The position numbers and the translations under genes are program-made. Shown here piece by piece: positions 1-7,751 of a DNA stretch of 24,000 nucleotides (position 1 is the first letter of the stretch; each line of letters begins with the position of its first letter). Source of the DNA: Inquilinus sp. (lineage in GTDB: Bacteria; Pseudomonadota; Alphaproteobacteria; DSM-16000; Inquilinaceae); assembly GCF_039594555.1 (NCBI RefSeq), contig NZ_JBCNNF010000006.1, positions 20,589 through 44,588 on the forward strand. The letters run 5' to 3'. A model generated the notes under the pieces. That model made no database searches. It had not been told where the DNA came from and saw only the letters and a program-made list of their open reading frames with translations.

Positions 1-343
1 GGCCGGTGATCACCTCCGGCATCACCAGCGGCGCCGTGACCATGCCGGCCAGCAGCAACCGGCCGCGGAACCGGCCGAGCCGCGCCAAAGCGATGCCGGC
101 CATGGTGCCGAGCGCCGTGGCGATGGTGGCGGAGACCGCGGCGATCTGCAGGCTCAGCAGCGCCGCGTCCATCACCTGCCGGTTGCCCCACAGCGCCACA
201 TACCACTTGGTCGAAAAGCCGCCCCAGATCGTCGCCAGCCGCGACTGGTTGAAGGAGAACACGATCATCGAGGCGATCGGCCCGTAGAAGAACACGAAGC
301 CGGCCACCAGCCAGAGGGTGAGGAAGCGGGACCGGCCCTTCAC
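1..343 (-). CDS. potI: Putrescine/spermidine-type ABC transporter permease (PotI/PotC-like). Only the 5' part is present; the gene runs off the left edge of the window.
   Basis: Absent from the ORF track because there is no stop in the window. Hand translation of the minus strand from GTG at 343-341 gives VKGRSRFLTLWLVAGFVFFYGPIASMIVFSFNQSRLATIWGGFSTKWYVALWGNRQVMDAALLSLQIAAVSATIATALGTMAGIALARLGRFRG..., which has the N-terminal layout of PotC/PotI permeases (FN.SR....W.GF(T/S)TKWY). GGGAG lies 8 nt upstream of the GTG. It is the last gene of a binding protein-ATPase-permease-permease string. The + strand ORF 6..287 is its antisense shadow. Confidence 0.75.
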   Translation of the reverse strand, partial: MKGRSRFLTLWLVAGFVFFYGPIASMIVFSFNQSRLATIWGGFSTKWYVALWGNRQVMDAALLSLQIAAVSATIATALGTMAGIALARLGRFRGRLLLAGMVTAPLVMPEVITG

Positions 344-368
344 GGCGCCGACTCCCTACGTCCTCCAC

Positions 369-458
369 TGTCATCCTCGGGCTTGACCCGAGGATCCAGA
401 GACTGCCGACGCCCGCACCGGCGGCCCCTGGATTGCCGGGTCAAGCCCGGCAATGACA
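369..458. repeat. Family B composite palindromic repeat (two hairpin modules in inverted orientation), copy 1
   Basis: Sequence: TGTCATCCTCGGGCTTGACCCGAGGATCCAGAG ... CCCCTGGATTGCCGGGTCAAGCCCGGCAATGACA. Module hairpins are ATCCTCGGG/CTTGA/CCCGAGGAT (373-395) and ATTGCCGGG/TCAAG/CCCGGCAAT (432-454). It is the reverse complement of the copy at 5201-5290. It lies between the potH stop (492) and the potI start (343). Confidence 0.9.
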
Positions 459-491
459 ATGGGGGAAATGCCATATCCCGGAGAGGCCCCC

Positions 492-1433
492 TCATGCCCC
501 CTCCCCCCGCGCCTGGCGGTTCTGGAACCACAGGATCGGCAGCACCAGGACCAGCAGCAGCACCACCGCCACGGCCGAGGCCACCGGCCAGTCGCGGTTG
601 GAGTAGAACTCGTTGAACAGCACTTGGCCGATCATCGGGCTGGACGGGTTGCCCAGCAGCGCCGGGATCACGTATTCGCCGGTCGCCGGGATGAACACCA
701 GCAGCGACCCGGCGACGATGCCGGGCAGCGACAGCGGCAGGGTGACGTCGACGAACACCCGCCAGGGCCGCGAGCCGAGGTCCATCGCCGCCTCGACCAG
801 GCTCTGGTCCAGCTTCTCCAGCGTGACGTAGAGCGGCAGGATCATGAAGGGCAGGTAGGAGTAGACGATGCCGAGATAGACCGCGAACTCGGTGTTCATC
901 ATCTCGACCGGCTGGTCGAGGATGCCGCTCCAGACCAGGAAGCCGTTGAGGATGCCCTGCTTGTTGAGCAGCCCCATCCAGGCATAGATGCGCAGCAGGA
1001 ACGAGGTCCAGAACGGCAGGATCACGAACAGCAGCAGGATGTTGCGCGCGCCGGGCGAGGACCGGGCGATGCCGTACGCGATCGGATAGCCGCAGACCAG
1101 GCACAGCGCGGTCGAGATCAGCGCGATCTTGACCGAATTCAGGTATCCCGCGACGTAGAGCCAGTCCTGGGTCAGGAACACGTAGTTGCGCAGCGAGGCG
1201 GTGATGGCCGGCCACGTCCCCTCGCCCCAGTCCAGCAGCGCCGAATAGGGCGGCCGGCCGACGATGCTCTGCGCCAGGCTGATCTTCAGCACGATCAGGA
1301 ACGGCACCAGGAAGAACAGCACCAGCCAGACCGTCGGCACGCCGATGATCAGGCCGCGCCAGGCATCGCCGACCCGGCGCAGGGCCCGAAGCCAGAGCGG
1401 TGCGCTCGGCCCAGGCTCGGGAACGGCCGTCAT
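492..1433 (-). CDS. potH: Putrescine/spermidine-type ABC transporter permease (PotH/PotB-like)
   Basis: ORF 492..1523 trimmed to the ATG at 1433 (MTAVPEPGPSAPLWLRALRR...). That ATG overlaps the potG stop as ATGA (1430-1433). The protein is multi-pass hydrophobic with a permease EAA-type loop, LVEAAMDLGSRPWRVFVDVTLPL. Confidence 0.9.
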   Translation of the reverse strand: MTAVPEPGPSAPLWLRALRRVGDAWRGLIIGVPTVWLVLFFLVPFLIVLKISLAQSIVGRPPYSALLDWGEGTWPAITASLRNYVFLTQDWLYVAGYLNSVKIALISTALCLVCGYPIAYGIARSSPGARNILLLFVILPFWTSFLLRIYAWMGLLNKQGILNGFLVWSGILDQPVEMMNTEFAVYLGIVYSYLPFMILPLYVTLEKLDQSLVEAAMDLGSRPWRVFVDVTLPLSLPGIVAGSLLVFIPATGEYVIPALLGNPSSPMIGQVLFNEFYSNRDWPVASAVAVVLLLVLVLPILWFQNRQARGEGA

Positions 1434-2578
1434 TCGGTCAGCAGCAGCGAAGCGGCGGGGGACCAGGACAGCCAGACCCGGTCGTCCCAGTCGACCGGCC
1501 GGTCCTCCTCTCGCCCGCGGCACTCATTCTGCCGGCTGACCGAGACCAGCCTTCCGTTGCCGAGCTTCACCCGGAACAGCGAGCGGTCGCCGAAATAGCC
1601 AAGGTCGTAGACCATGCCCTGCAGCGTGTTGGCGGCGCCCTGCGGCGGCTCGCGCCCGATCGCGATCTTCTCCGGCCGCACCGCGACCGAGACCTTCGTG
1701 CCCGGCGCCACCGCCCCGGCATGGGCGACGACCAGCGGCCCGGCCTGCCCGGTCGCCACCGTCACCCGCCCGTCGGCCGCGCTCTCCACCGTGCCGTCGA
1801 ACAGGTTGATCGAGCCGATGAAATCCGCCGAGAAGCGGCAGTTCGGATACTCGTAGATGTCGGTCGGCGTGCCCGTCTGCACGATCCGGCCGCGATTCAT
1901 CACCGCAATCCGGGTCGACAGCGCCATCGCCTCCTCCTGGTCGTGGGTGACGACGATGAAGGTGACGCCGACCTGATACTGGATGTTCATCAGCTCGAAC
2001 TGGGTCTGCTCGCGCAGCTTCTTGTCGAGCGCCGCCAGCGGCTCGTCGAGCAGCAGCAGCTTCGGCTTCTTCGCCAGCGCCCGGGCCAGGGCGACGCGCT
2101 GGCGCTGGCCGCCGGACAGCTGGTGCGGCCTGCGCGGGCCGAAGCCCTGCAGCTGCACCAGCTCCAGCAGCTCGGAAACCCGGTCGCGCCGCTCGGCCGG
2201 GGTCATCGCCTCATGCTTCAGCCCGTAGCCGATGTTCTTCTCCACGCTCATATGCGGGAACAGGGCGTAGGACTGGAACATCATGTTCACCGGCCGCTCA
2301 TAGGGCGGCGCCCGGGTGACGTCCTGGCCGTCGATCAGGATGCGGCCGGCGCTCGGCGTCTCGAATCCGGCGAGCATGCGCAAGAGCGTGGTCTTGCCGC
2401 AGCCGGAGCCGCCGAGCAGGCAGAACAGCTCCTTGCGGTGGATCTCGAGATCGACGCCGTCGACCGCGGTGAAGTCGGCGAACTTCTTGGTCAGGCCTTC
2501 GATCCGGAGGATCGGCTTGGCCTGCGGGTCGAGCCAGGGCCGGTCCTTGGTGTCCGGATAACGCTCGGCGGTGGCCAT
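1430..2578 (-). CDS. potG: Polyamine ABC transporter ATP-binding protein (PotG/PotA-like)
   Basis: 382 aa. Walker A GGSGCGKTT, ABC signature LSGGQRQRVALARAL, Walker B LLLLDEP, and a C-terminal TOBE-like regulatory domain. Confidence 0.95.
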   Translation of the reverse strand: MATAERYPDTKDRPWLDPQAKPILRIEGLTKKFADFTAVDGVDLEIHRKELFCLLGGSGCGKTTLLRMLAGFETPSAGRILIDGQDVTRAPPYERPVNMMFQSYALFPHMSVEKNIGYGLKHEAMTPAERRDRVSELLELVQLQGFGPRRPHQLSGGQRQRVALARALAKKPKLLLLDEPLAALDKKLREQTQFELMNIQYQVGVTFIVVTHDQEEAMALSTRIAVMNRGRIVQTGTPTDIYEYPNCRFSADFIGSINLFDGTVESAADGRVTVATGQAGPLVVAHAGAVAPGTKVSVAVRPEKIAIGREPPQGAANTLQGMVYDLGYFGDRSLFRVKLGNGRLVSVSRQNECRGREEDRPVDWDDRVWLSWSPAASLLLTE

Positions 2579-2607
2579 CTAGGGTCGGCGCGGGGTCTGG
2601 CGGCGCG

Positions 2608-2737
2608 AACCCCCTCCCCCTGCCCCCCTCCCGCGAGGGGAGGGGGGACTCGATTGCATTGGCTGAGAGATCTCTCTCCAACCGTCAAAACCCTTGTCCC
2701 CCCTCCCCTCGCGGGAGGGGGCTAGGGGGAGGGGGTT
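2608..2737. repeat. Family A composite, R-spB-F architecture (arm R1 2608-2649, spacer 2650-2695, arm F1 2696-2737)
   Basis: R1 is AACCCCCTCCCCCTGCCCCCCTCCCGCGAGGGGAGGGGGGAC. F1 is GTCCCCCCTCCCCTCGCGGGAGGGGGCTAGGGGGAGGGGGTT. The two 42-nt arms are reverse complements of each other. The spacer contains the perfect palindrome GAGAGATCTCTC (2665-2676). The element lies between the potF stop and the potG start. Confidence 0.95.
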
Positions 2738-2763
2738 GTCGATGCCACGCACCGTCTTTGCCC

Positions 2764-3879
2764 CTACTGCCCGGCCTTGATCTGGCTCCAGGCCCGGGTG
2801 CGCAGCCGCAGCGCCTCCTGCGGCAGGTCGGCCGGGACGTAGAGCTTCGCCCGCGTCGCCGCGTCCGGATAGATTGCCGGGTTCTCCAGGATCTCCTTGT
2901 TCACGAACTCCACGGACGCTTTGTTGGCATTGGCGTAGTTGGTGAAGTTGGTGGCGTCGGCGATCACCTTCGGCCGCAGCATGTAGTTGATGAAGATCAG
3001 CGCATTCTCCGGATGTGGCGCGTCGGACGGGATCAGCCAGCCGTCGAACCAGGCCGGGCCGCCGGTGTCCGGCACCGAATAGGCCAGGTTGACCTTCACC
3101 CCCGCCTCCGCCGCCCGGCTGGCCGCCGTGGCGTAGTCGCCGGACCAGGAGAAGGCCAGGCACAGCTCCTGGTTCGGCAGCTGGTTCAGGTAGTTGGCGG
3201 AATCCACCGCCTTGACGTATTGCCGGATCGGCTTGAACAGCGCCGCCGCGGCCTCGTAATCCTCGGCCTTCTGCGAGTTCGGGTCGCGGTGCAGGTAGGA
3301 CAGCGCCAGCGGGATCATGTCGGTCGGCGATTCCAGGATCGAGATGCCGCAATCCGCCCATTTCGCCGCCAGCTCGGGCTTGAACAGCATGTCGAGCGAG
3401 GTGACCGGCGCGTCGGCCATCCGCTGCTTGATCATGTCGACATTGTAGGCGAAGCCGACCGTGCCCCACATGTAAGGCACGAAGTACTCGTTGCCCGGGT
3501 CGTGGCCGGCGACGACCTTCAGGATTTCCGGGTCGAGATTGCCGTAATTGGTCAGCTTCGACTTGTCGATCTTCCGAAACACCCCGGCCTTGACCAGCGG
3601 CGGGATCAGATGCGAGCCGTGCAGCACCACGTCATAGCCGGAATGGCCGGCCATCATCTTGGCGTCGACGGTCTCGGACGCGTCATAGGTGTCGTAGACC
3701 ACCTTGATGCCGGTCTCGGCCTCGAAATCCTGGATCGTGGTCTCGCCGATATAGTCGACCCAGTTGTAGACGTTGAGAACCTTCTCCTCCTCGGCCCGCG
3801 CCGCGGCGCCGCCGGCGCCGGGACCGACGAGGATGGCGGCCGCGGCCAGCAGCCCGATGGCCAAGGGGGAACGCGTCAT
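2764..3879 (-). CDS. potF: Periplasmic putrescine-binding protein (PotF-like)
   Basis: 371 aa. N-terminal signal peptide (MTRSPLAIGLLAAAAILVGPGAGGAAARA). Blocks I recognise from E. coli PotF: YNW.DYI, ETGIKVVYD, DKSKL, NLDPE(I/L)LK, PYMWGT, YANANKA, RTRAWSQIK. GGGAG lies about 9 nt upstream of the ATG. Confidence 0.92.
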   Translation of the reverse strand: MTRSPLAIGLLAAAAILVGPGAGGAAARAEEEKVLNVYNWVDYIGETTIQDFEAETGIKVVYDTYDASETVDAKMMAGHSGYDVVLHGSHLIPPLVKAGVFRKIDKSKLTNYGNLDPEILKVVAGHDPGNEYFVPYMWGTVGFAYNVDMIKQRMADAPVTSLDMLFKPELAAKWADCGISILESPTDMIPLALSYLHRDPNSQKAEDYEAAAALFKPIRQYVKAVDSANYLNQLPNQELCLAFSWSGDYATAASRAAEAGVKVNLAYSVPDTGGPAWFDGWLIPSDAPHPENALIFINYMLRPKVIADATNFTNYANANKASVEFVNKEILENPAIYPDAATRAKLYVPADLPQEALRLRTRAWSQIKAGQ

Positions 3880-3996
3880 CGCCTGGCTCCCTGTGTCGCC
3901 TCACCTGCCGGCCGTTTGTGTCCGCCGCGGCCATCGGCCTTCCCTATTCAGAGCCCGCTTCGCCGGGATTCTCCAGCGGATTCTTCACCTGAATTC

Positions 3997-5160
3997 CTAC
4001 AGGCCGATCGTGCCCTGCAGCCCGCGCTTCAGCAGGCTGCCGGCGATGATCAGGCGCTGGATCTCGCTGGTGCCCTCCCAGATCCGGTCGACCCGCAGCT
4101 CGCGGTTGAATCGCTCGGCCACGTTCTCGCGCATATAGCCGCGGCCGCCGAAGATCTGCACGGCCCGGTCGGCGACGCGGCCGGCCATCTCCGACGCCAG
4201 CAGCTTGGCCACCGAGCAGCGGGCGTGCAGCGCTTTCACGTCCAGGCCGCGGTCATGCGCGGCGGCAGCCTCATAGGTCACGAGCCGCGCGGCGTGCAGC
4301 TCGGCGACGCTGTCGGCCAGCATCGCCTGGACCAGCTGGAACCGCGCGATGGGCTCGCCGCCGATCTTCCGCTCCGCCGCGAATTCGGTGGCCGCCTCGA
4401 TCAGCCGGTCGGCCGCGCCGCAGCAGCGCGCCGCGATCATCAGCCGCTCGCGCCGGAACCAGGCATGGATGAAGCCCATCCCCTGCCCCTCGGCGCCGAT
4501 CCGGTTGGCCGCCGGCACCCGCACGCCATCGAAGCGCAGGATCGGGTGGTGATGGCGATAGCTGTGGGTGTAGGCCGGGCTGCGCACGGTGCTGAGCCCC
4601 TCGGCCGGCATCTCGACGAAAAACAAGGCGTGGCCGCCATCGGTCCTGGCCTGGACGATCACCGTGTCGGCCAGGTTGGCGCTGGTGACGTGCCATTTCT
4701 CGCCGTCGATGACGTAGTGGTCGCCGTCGCGCCGCGCCGTGGTGGCGATGTCGTCGACATCGGAGCCGGCGCCCTCCTCCGTCACCGCGGTGCAGACATG
4801 CCGCTCGCCGCGCATCAGCGGCAGGATGAAGCGGTCGATCTGGTCCGGCGAGCAGGCCTCGAACATCCAGGATTGCGCCTCGCCATAGCACCAGGCCAGG
4901 GCGTTGGTGACGCGGCCGGTCTGCTCCGCGATCGCCACCTGGTCGAGCAGCGGCAGCCCCAGCCCGCCATGGCGCTGCGGCGCGTCGATCCGCGGCAGGC
5001 CCAGTTCCAGCGCGATGCGCTCATGCCGGGCCGCGACCTCGGCCGGGATCTCGCCGCTGGCCAGCTCGGCCTCCACCTCCCACGGGATCAGCTCGGCCTC
5101 GACAAAGCGGCGGATCCTGTCCTGCCAGTCGCGGGCGCTGTCGGGGAGCGTGAAGCTCAT
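3997..5160 (-). CDS. Acyl-CoA dehydrogenase family protein
   Basis: 387 aa. ACAD layout with VTEEGAGSD, YVIDGEKWHVTSA, FGGRGYMRE and C-terminal RIWEGTSEIQRLIIA. AGGAAGAAGG RBS lies just upstream of the ATG at 5160. Confidence 0.9.
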   Translation of the reverse strand: MSFTLPDSARDWQDRIRRFVEAELIPWEVEAELASGEIPAEVAARHERIALELGLPRIDAPQRHGGLGLPLLDQVAIAEQTGRVTNALAWCYGEAQSWMFEACSPDQIDRFILPLMRGERHVCTAVTEEGAGSDVDDIATTARRDGDHYVIDGEKWHVTSANLADTVIVQARTDGGHALFFVEMPAEGLSTVRSPAYTHSYRHHHPILRFDGVRVPAANRIGAEGQGMGFIHAWFRRERLMIAARCCGAADRLIEAATEFAAERKIGGEPIARFQLVQAMLADSVAELHAARLVTYEAAAAHDRGLDVKALHARCSVAKLLASEMAGRVADRAVQIFGGRGYMRENVAERFNRELRVDRIWEGTSEIQRLIIAGSLLKRGLQGTIGL

Positions 5161-5200
5161 GGCCTTCTTCCTGGTCCTGACTGCCGCCAGCTCCCCTTTT

Positions 5201-5290
5201 TGTCATTGCCGGGCTTGACCCGGCAATCCAGGGGCGGCCAGAGCCGCTCTCCGTGGCCCCTGGATCCTCGGGTCAAGCCCGAGGATGACA
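5201..5290. repeat. Family B composite palindromic repeat, copy 2 (opposite orientation to copy 1)
   Basis: Sequence: TGTCATTGCCGGGCTTGACCCGGCAATCCAGGGGC ... GCCCCTGGATCCTCGGGTCAAGCCCGAGGATGACA. Module hairpins are at 5205-5227 and 5264-5286. It lies between the TetR stop (5303) and the ACAD start (5160). Confidence 0.9.
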
Positions 5291-5302
5291 GTAAAGGAAG
5301 GG

Positions 5303-5971
5303 TCACCCCTTCCCATCCTCAGGCCCTGGCCGGATCGGGCCGTCCCGGGTGAAATGCCGGGGGAAGACCGAGACCAGCATCTCGACCGCGCAGGCCCGGG
5401 CGTCCTCGCGGCCGAACTCCTTCGGCCCCATCATCACATGCAGCCACAGCCCCTCCAGCAGCCCGTTCAGGCTGCGGGCCAGCAGGTCCGGCGACTGGCC
5501 CGGCGCCGCCAGCTCGCGGCACAGGTTCAGCAGGGTCAGGTGGTAGTCCTGGTCGTTGGCGCTGCACAAAGCGCGGTAGTGCGGCCGGGTCTTGGCCTCG
5601 CCCCAGAAGGCGCACCAGGCGGCGATCTTGCGCGGGTTGCAGATGCGGCGGTCGAAATCGGCCAGGACCAGCGCCCACAGCTTCTCCGCCGCGGCCGGCC
5701 CGGCCTCGTGCAAGGCGCGGCGCCAATGGGCGCGGTACTCGTCGGACATGTAGCGCAGCGTCTCGACGAGCAGCTTCTCCTTGCTCTCGAAATGGAAGTT
5801 GACGATGCCGCGCGACAGGCCGGCGCCGTCGGCGACCACGGCCATCGTCGTCTCCTCGTAGCCGCGTTTGGCGATGGCGTCGATCGTCGCCTCGATCAGC
5901 TCCTGCCGCCGCAGCTCCTTCGATTGCCGCCGCCCCCCATTCACCTTGCGCACGGCCTGGCCTTCGGCCAT
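5303..5971 (-). CDS. TetR/AcrR family transcriptional regulator (BetI-like N-terminus)
   Basis: ORF 5303..6100 trimmed to the ATG at 5971 (MAEGQAVRKVNGGRRQSKELRRQELIEATIDAIAKRGYEETTMAVVADGAGLSRGIVNFHFESKEKLL is the HTH region). The longer upstream extension would run through the AT-rich operator region. Confidence 0.85.
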   Translation of the reverse strand: MAEGQAVRKVNGGRRQSKELRRQELIEATIDAIAKRGYEETTMAVVADGAGLSRGIVNFHFESKEKLLVETLRYMSDEYRAHWRRALHEAGPAAAEKLWALVLADFDRRICNPRKIAAWCAFWGEAKTRPHYRALCSANDQDYHLTLLNLCRELAAPGQSPDLLARSLNGLLEGLWLHVMMGPKEFGREDARACAVEMLVSVFPRHFTRDGPIRPGPEDGKG

Positions 5972-6031
5972 CGGCACCCCCGTCAAATATCCATAAAAGC
6001 GTAGCATCGGCGCGGTTTTCTGCAAAGATGC

Positions 6032-6072
6032 TGAATGAACATCCAGCAAGCTTCTAATTGAACGTTCATTCA
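6032..6072. promoter_or_regulatory. Candidate TetR operator in the divergent tetR/aminotransferase promoter region
   Basis: Inverted repeat TGAATGAAC (6032-6040) / GTTCATTCA (6064-6072), with an embedded perfect 10-bp palindrome TGAACGTTCA (6059-6068). It sits in the only AT-rich stretch between the divergent starts 5971 and 6166. Confidence 0.5.
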
Positions 6073-6165
6073 ACACGATGGACAGAAACAGCCCTGCCAT
6101 GCCATCCTGGGTCCTGAAATTGCGGCATCAGAACCGCCGGACCAACGACACAAGGACCCGCTGCC

Positions 6166-7509
6166 ATGACCCGCAGCCTGGCGCGCAGCAACGCGCAGTT
6201 CCGTCGGGCGTCGACCCGCCTGCCGCTCGGCGTCGCCTCCAACTTCCGCTACTGGGGCGACGACCGGACCATCTATGTGAAGCGCGGCCGCGGCGGCCGG
6301 ATCTGGGACCTCGACGACAACCCCTATGTCGACTATCGCCTCGGCTACGGCCCGGCGATCCTGGGCTATGCCGACCCGCGGGTGGACGAGGCGGCGCGGC
6401 AGGGCATGGAGGTCGGCGGCGTCTTCGCCCTGTCGACCGAGCGCGAATTCACCGTGGCCGAGCGCATCGCCAAGATGATGCCGGCGGCGGAGCTGGTGCG
6501 CTTCTCCAACTCCGGCACCGAGGCGGTGATGGCGGCGCTGCGCCTGGCCCGCGCCCACACCGGCAAGGAATCCTATGTGCTGGTCGAGGGCAGCTATCAC
6601 GGGCTGTTCGACGCGGCGATGTGGATGGTGGCGCTGGACCAGTGGGACCCGCAGAGGACCGACCAGGACCCGGCCGTTGTGCCCTATTCCAAGGGCGTGC
6701 CGGAGGCGGTGCGGCCCTTGGTGCATCTGACGCCGATGAACGACGCCGACCGGCTGGAGGACCTGCTGCGCCGCCGCTCGCACGAGATCGCGGCGATGCT
6801 GATCGAGCCGATCATGGGCAATTGCTGCGGCATCACCGCCGACGTCGCCTATGTCCGCGCCGTGCGCGAGCTGTGCCACCGCTACGGCGTGCTGCTGATC
6901 ATCGACGAGGTGAAGTCCGGCTTCCGCGTCGCCCGCGGCGGCACGCAGGGGCTGATCGGCGTGAAGGCCGACATCACCACCATGGCCAAGGCGATGGCCA
7001 ACGGCTATCCGATCGCGGCGATCGGCGGGCGCGAGGACATCATGCGCCGCTACGGCCGCGGCGTCGCCCATGGCGGCACCTACACCGCCCATTCCGTGGC
7101 GCTGGCCGCGGCCGAGAAGACGCTGCAGATCCTGGACGAGACCCCGGCGCTGGAGACCATTGCCGCCTATGGCCGGCGGATGCAGGCCGGAATTAAGAGG
7201 ATCCTGGATGCTCGCGGCGTGGTCCATTGCTTCGCCGGCCACCCGTCGATGGGCGGGCTGTTCTTCGCCCCGGCGCCGCCGCGCGACTACCGCGACTGGA
7301 AGCGCTCCGACTACAGCTTCTACGACGCGCTGGCGCGCGAGCTGCATGAGGAGGGCGTGCTGTGCGAGCCGGATTCGCGCGAGCCCTGGTTCGTCTGCGA
7401 GGCGCATGACGACAGCTGCCTCGCCGACACGCTGGCCGGGTTCGAGCGCGCCGTCGACCGCACCCTGGACAAGGGCGGCGACGCCGCCAAGCGAGCCGTG
7501 GCACACTGA
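6166..7509 (+). CDS. Class-III (omega / glutamate-1-semialdehyde aminomutase-like) PLP-dependent aminotransferase
   Basis: 447 aa. SNSGTEAVMAALRLARAHTGK, DEVKSGFRV (PLP lysine), GGTYTAHSVALAAA. AAGGA lies 9 nt upstream of the ATG. Confidence 0.9.
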   Translation: MTRSLARSNAQFRRASTRLPLGVASNFRYWGDDRTIYVKRGRGGRIWDLDDNPYVDYRLGYGPAILGYADPRVDEAARQGMEVGGVFALSTEREFTVAERIAKMMPAAELVRFSNSGTEAVMAALRLARAHTGKESYVLVEGSYHGLFDAAMWMVALDQWDPQRTDQDPAVVPYSKGVPEAVRPLVHLTPMNDADRLEDLLRRRSHEIAAMLIEPIMGNCCGITADVAYVRAVRELCHRYGVLLIIDEVKSGFRVARGGTQGLIGVKADITTMAKAMANGYPIAAIGGREDIMRRYGRGVAHGGTYTAHSVALAAAEKTLQILDETPALETIAAYGRRMQAGIKRILDARGVVHCFAGHPSMGGLFFAPAPPRDYRDWKRSDYSFYDALARELHEEGVLCEPDSREPWFVCEAHDDSCLADTLAGFERAVDRTLDKGGDAAKRAVAH

Positions 7510-7568
7510 GCGGCAGACCGGGCGGAGGCACGGCCCATGGGGGGAAGCAAGCGAGGCAACCCATCCTC

Positions 7569-7705
7569 GTCCCCCCTCCCCTCGCGGGAGGGGGCTAGGG
7601 GGAGGGGGTTGCCGATCGGAGGGGACAGGGCCTCTATCAGCTTGGCCCGGCGCATGCGGCGCGAACCCCCTCCCCCTACCCCCCTCCCGCAAGGGGAGGG
7701 GGGAC
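7569..7705. repeat. Family A composite, F-spA-R architecture (arm F2 7569-7610, spacer 7611-7663, arm R2 7664-7705)
   Basis: Both arms are 42 nt and near-identical to the other family A arms. The spacer shares GCCGnnCGGAG...AGCTTGGC with the spacer at 18981-19023. Confidence 0.95.
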
Positions 7706-7751
7706 TCAGAAAGAGAAGCCGTTCCTACTCCACCGTCTCCGGCTTCAACCC

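Noticed and set aside
6-287. ORF 6..287 (+, 93 aa) at the left edge.
   Set aside because: It is antisense to the much better supported PotI-like reading frame on the minus strand, and its translation has no recognisable features.
2659-5352. Very long ORFs on the opposite strand or in alternative frames of the called genes. Examples: 2659..5352 (+, 897 aa), 7725..10625 (-, 966 aa), 17388..19568 (-, 726 aa), 21589..23844 (-, 751 aa), 12543..14543 (-, 666 aa), 6070..7692 (-), 11519..13141 (-), 15832..17436 (-), 1400..2725 (+).
   Set aside because: These are typical high-GC shadow ORFs. Their translations are Arg/Ala/Gly/Pro-rich low complexity with no recognisable domains. Each fully overlaps a gene whose translation has clear family motifs.
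7569-7705. Family A, B and C hairpins as Rho-independent terminators.
   Set aside because: The stems are strong, but none is followed by a U-tract on either strand, and several lie between apparently co-transcribed genes. I left them as repeats and do not exclude effects on RNA stability or pausing.
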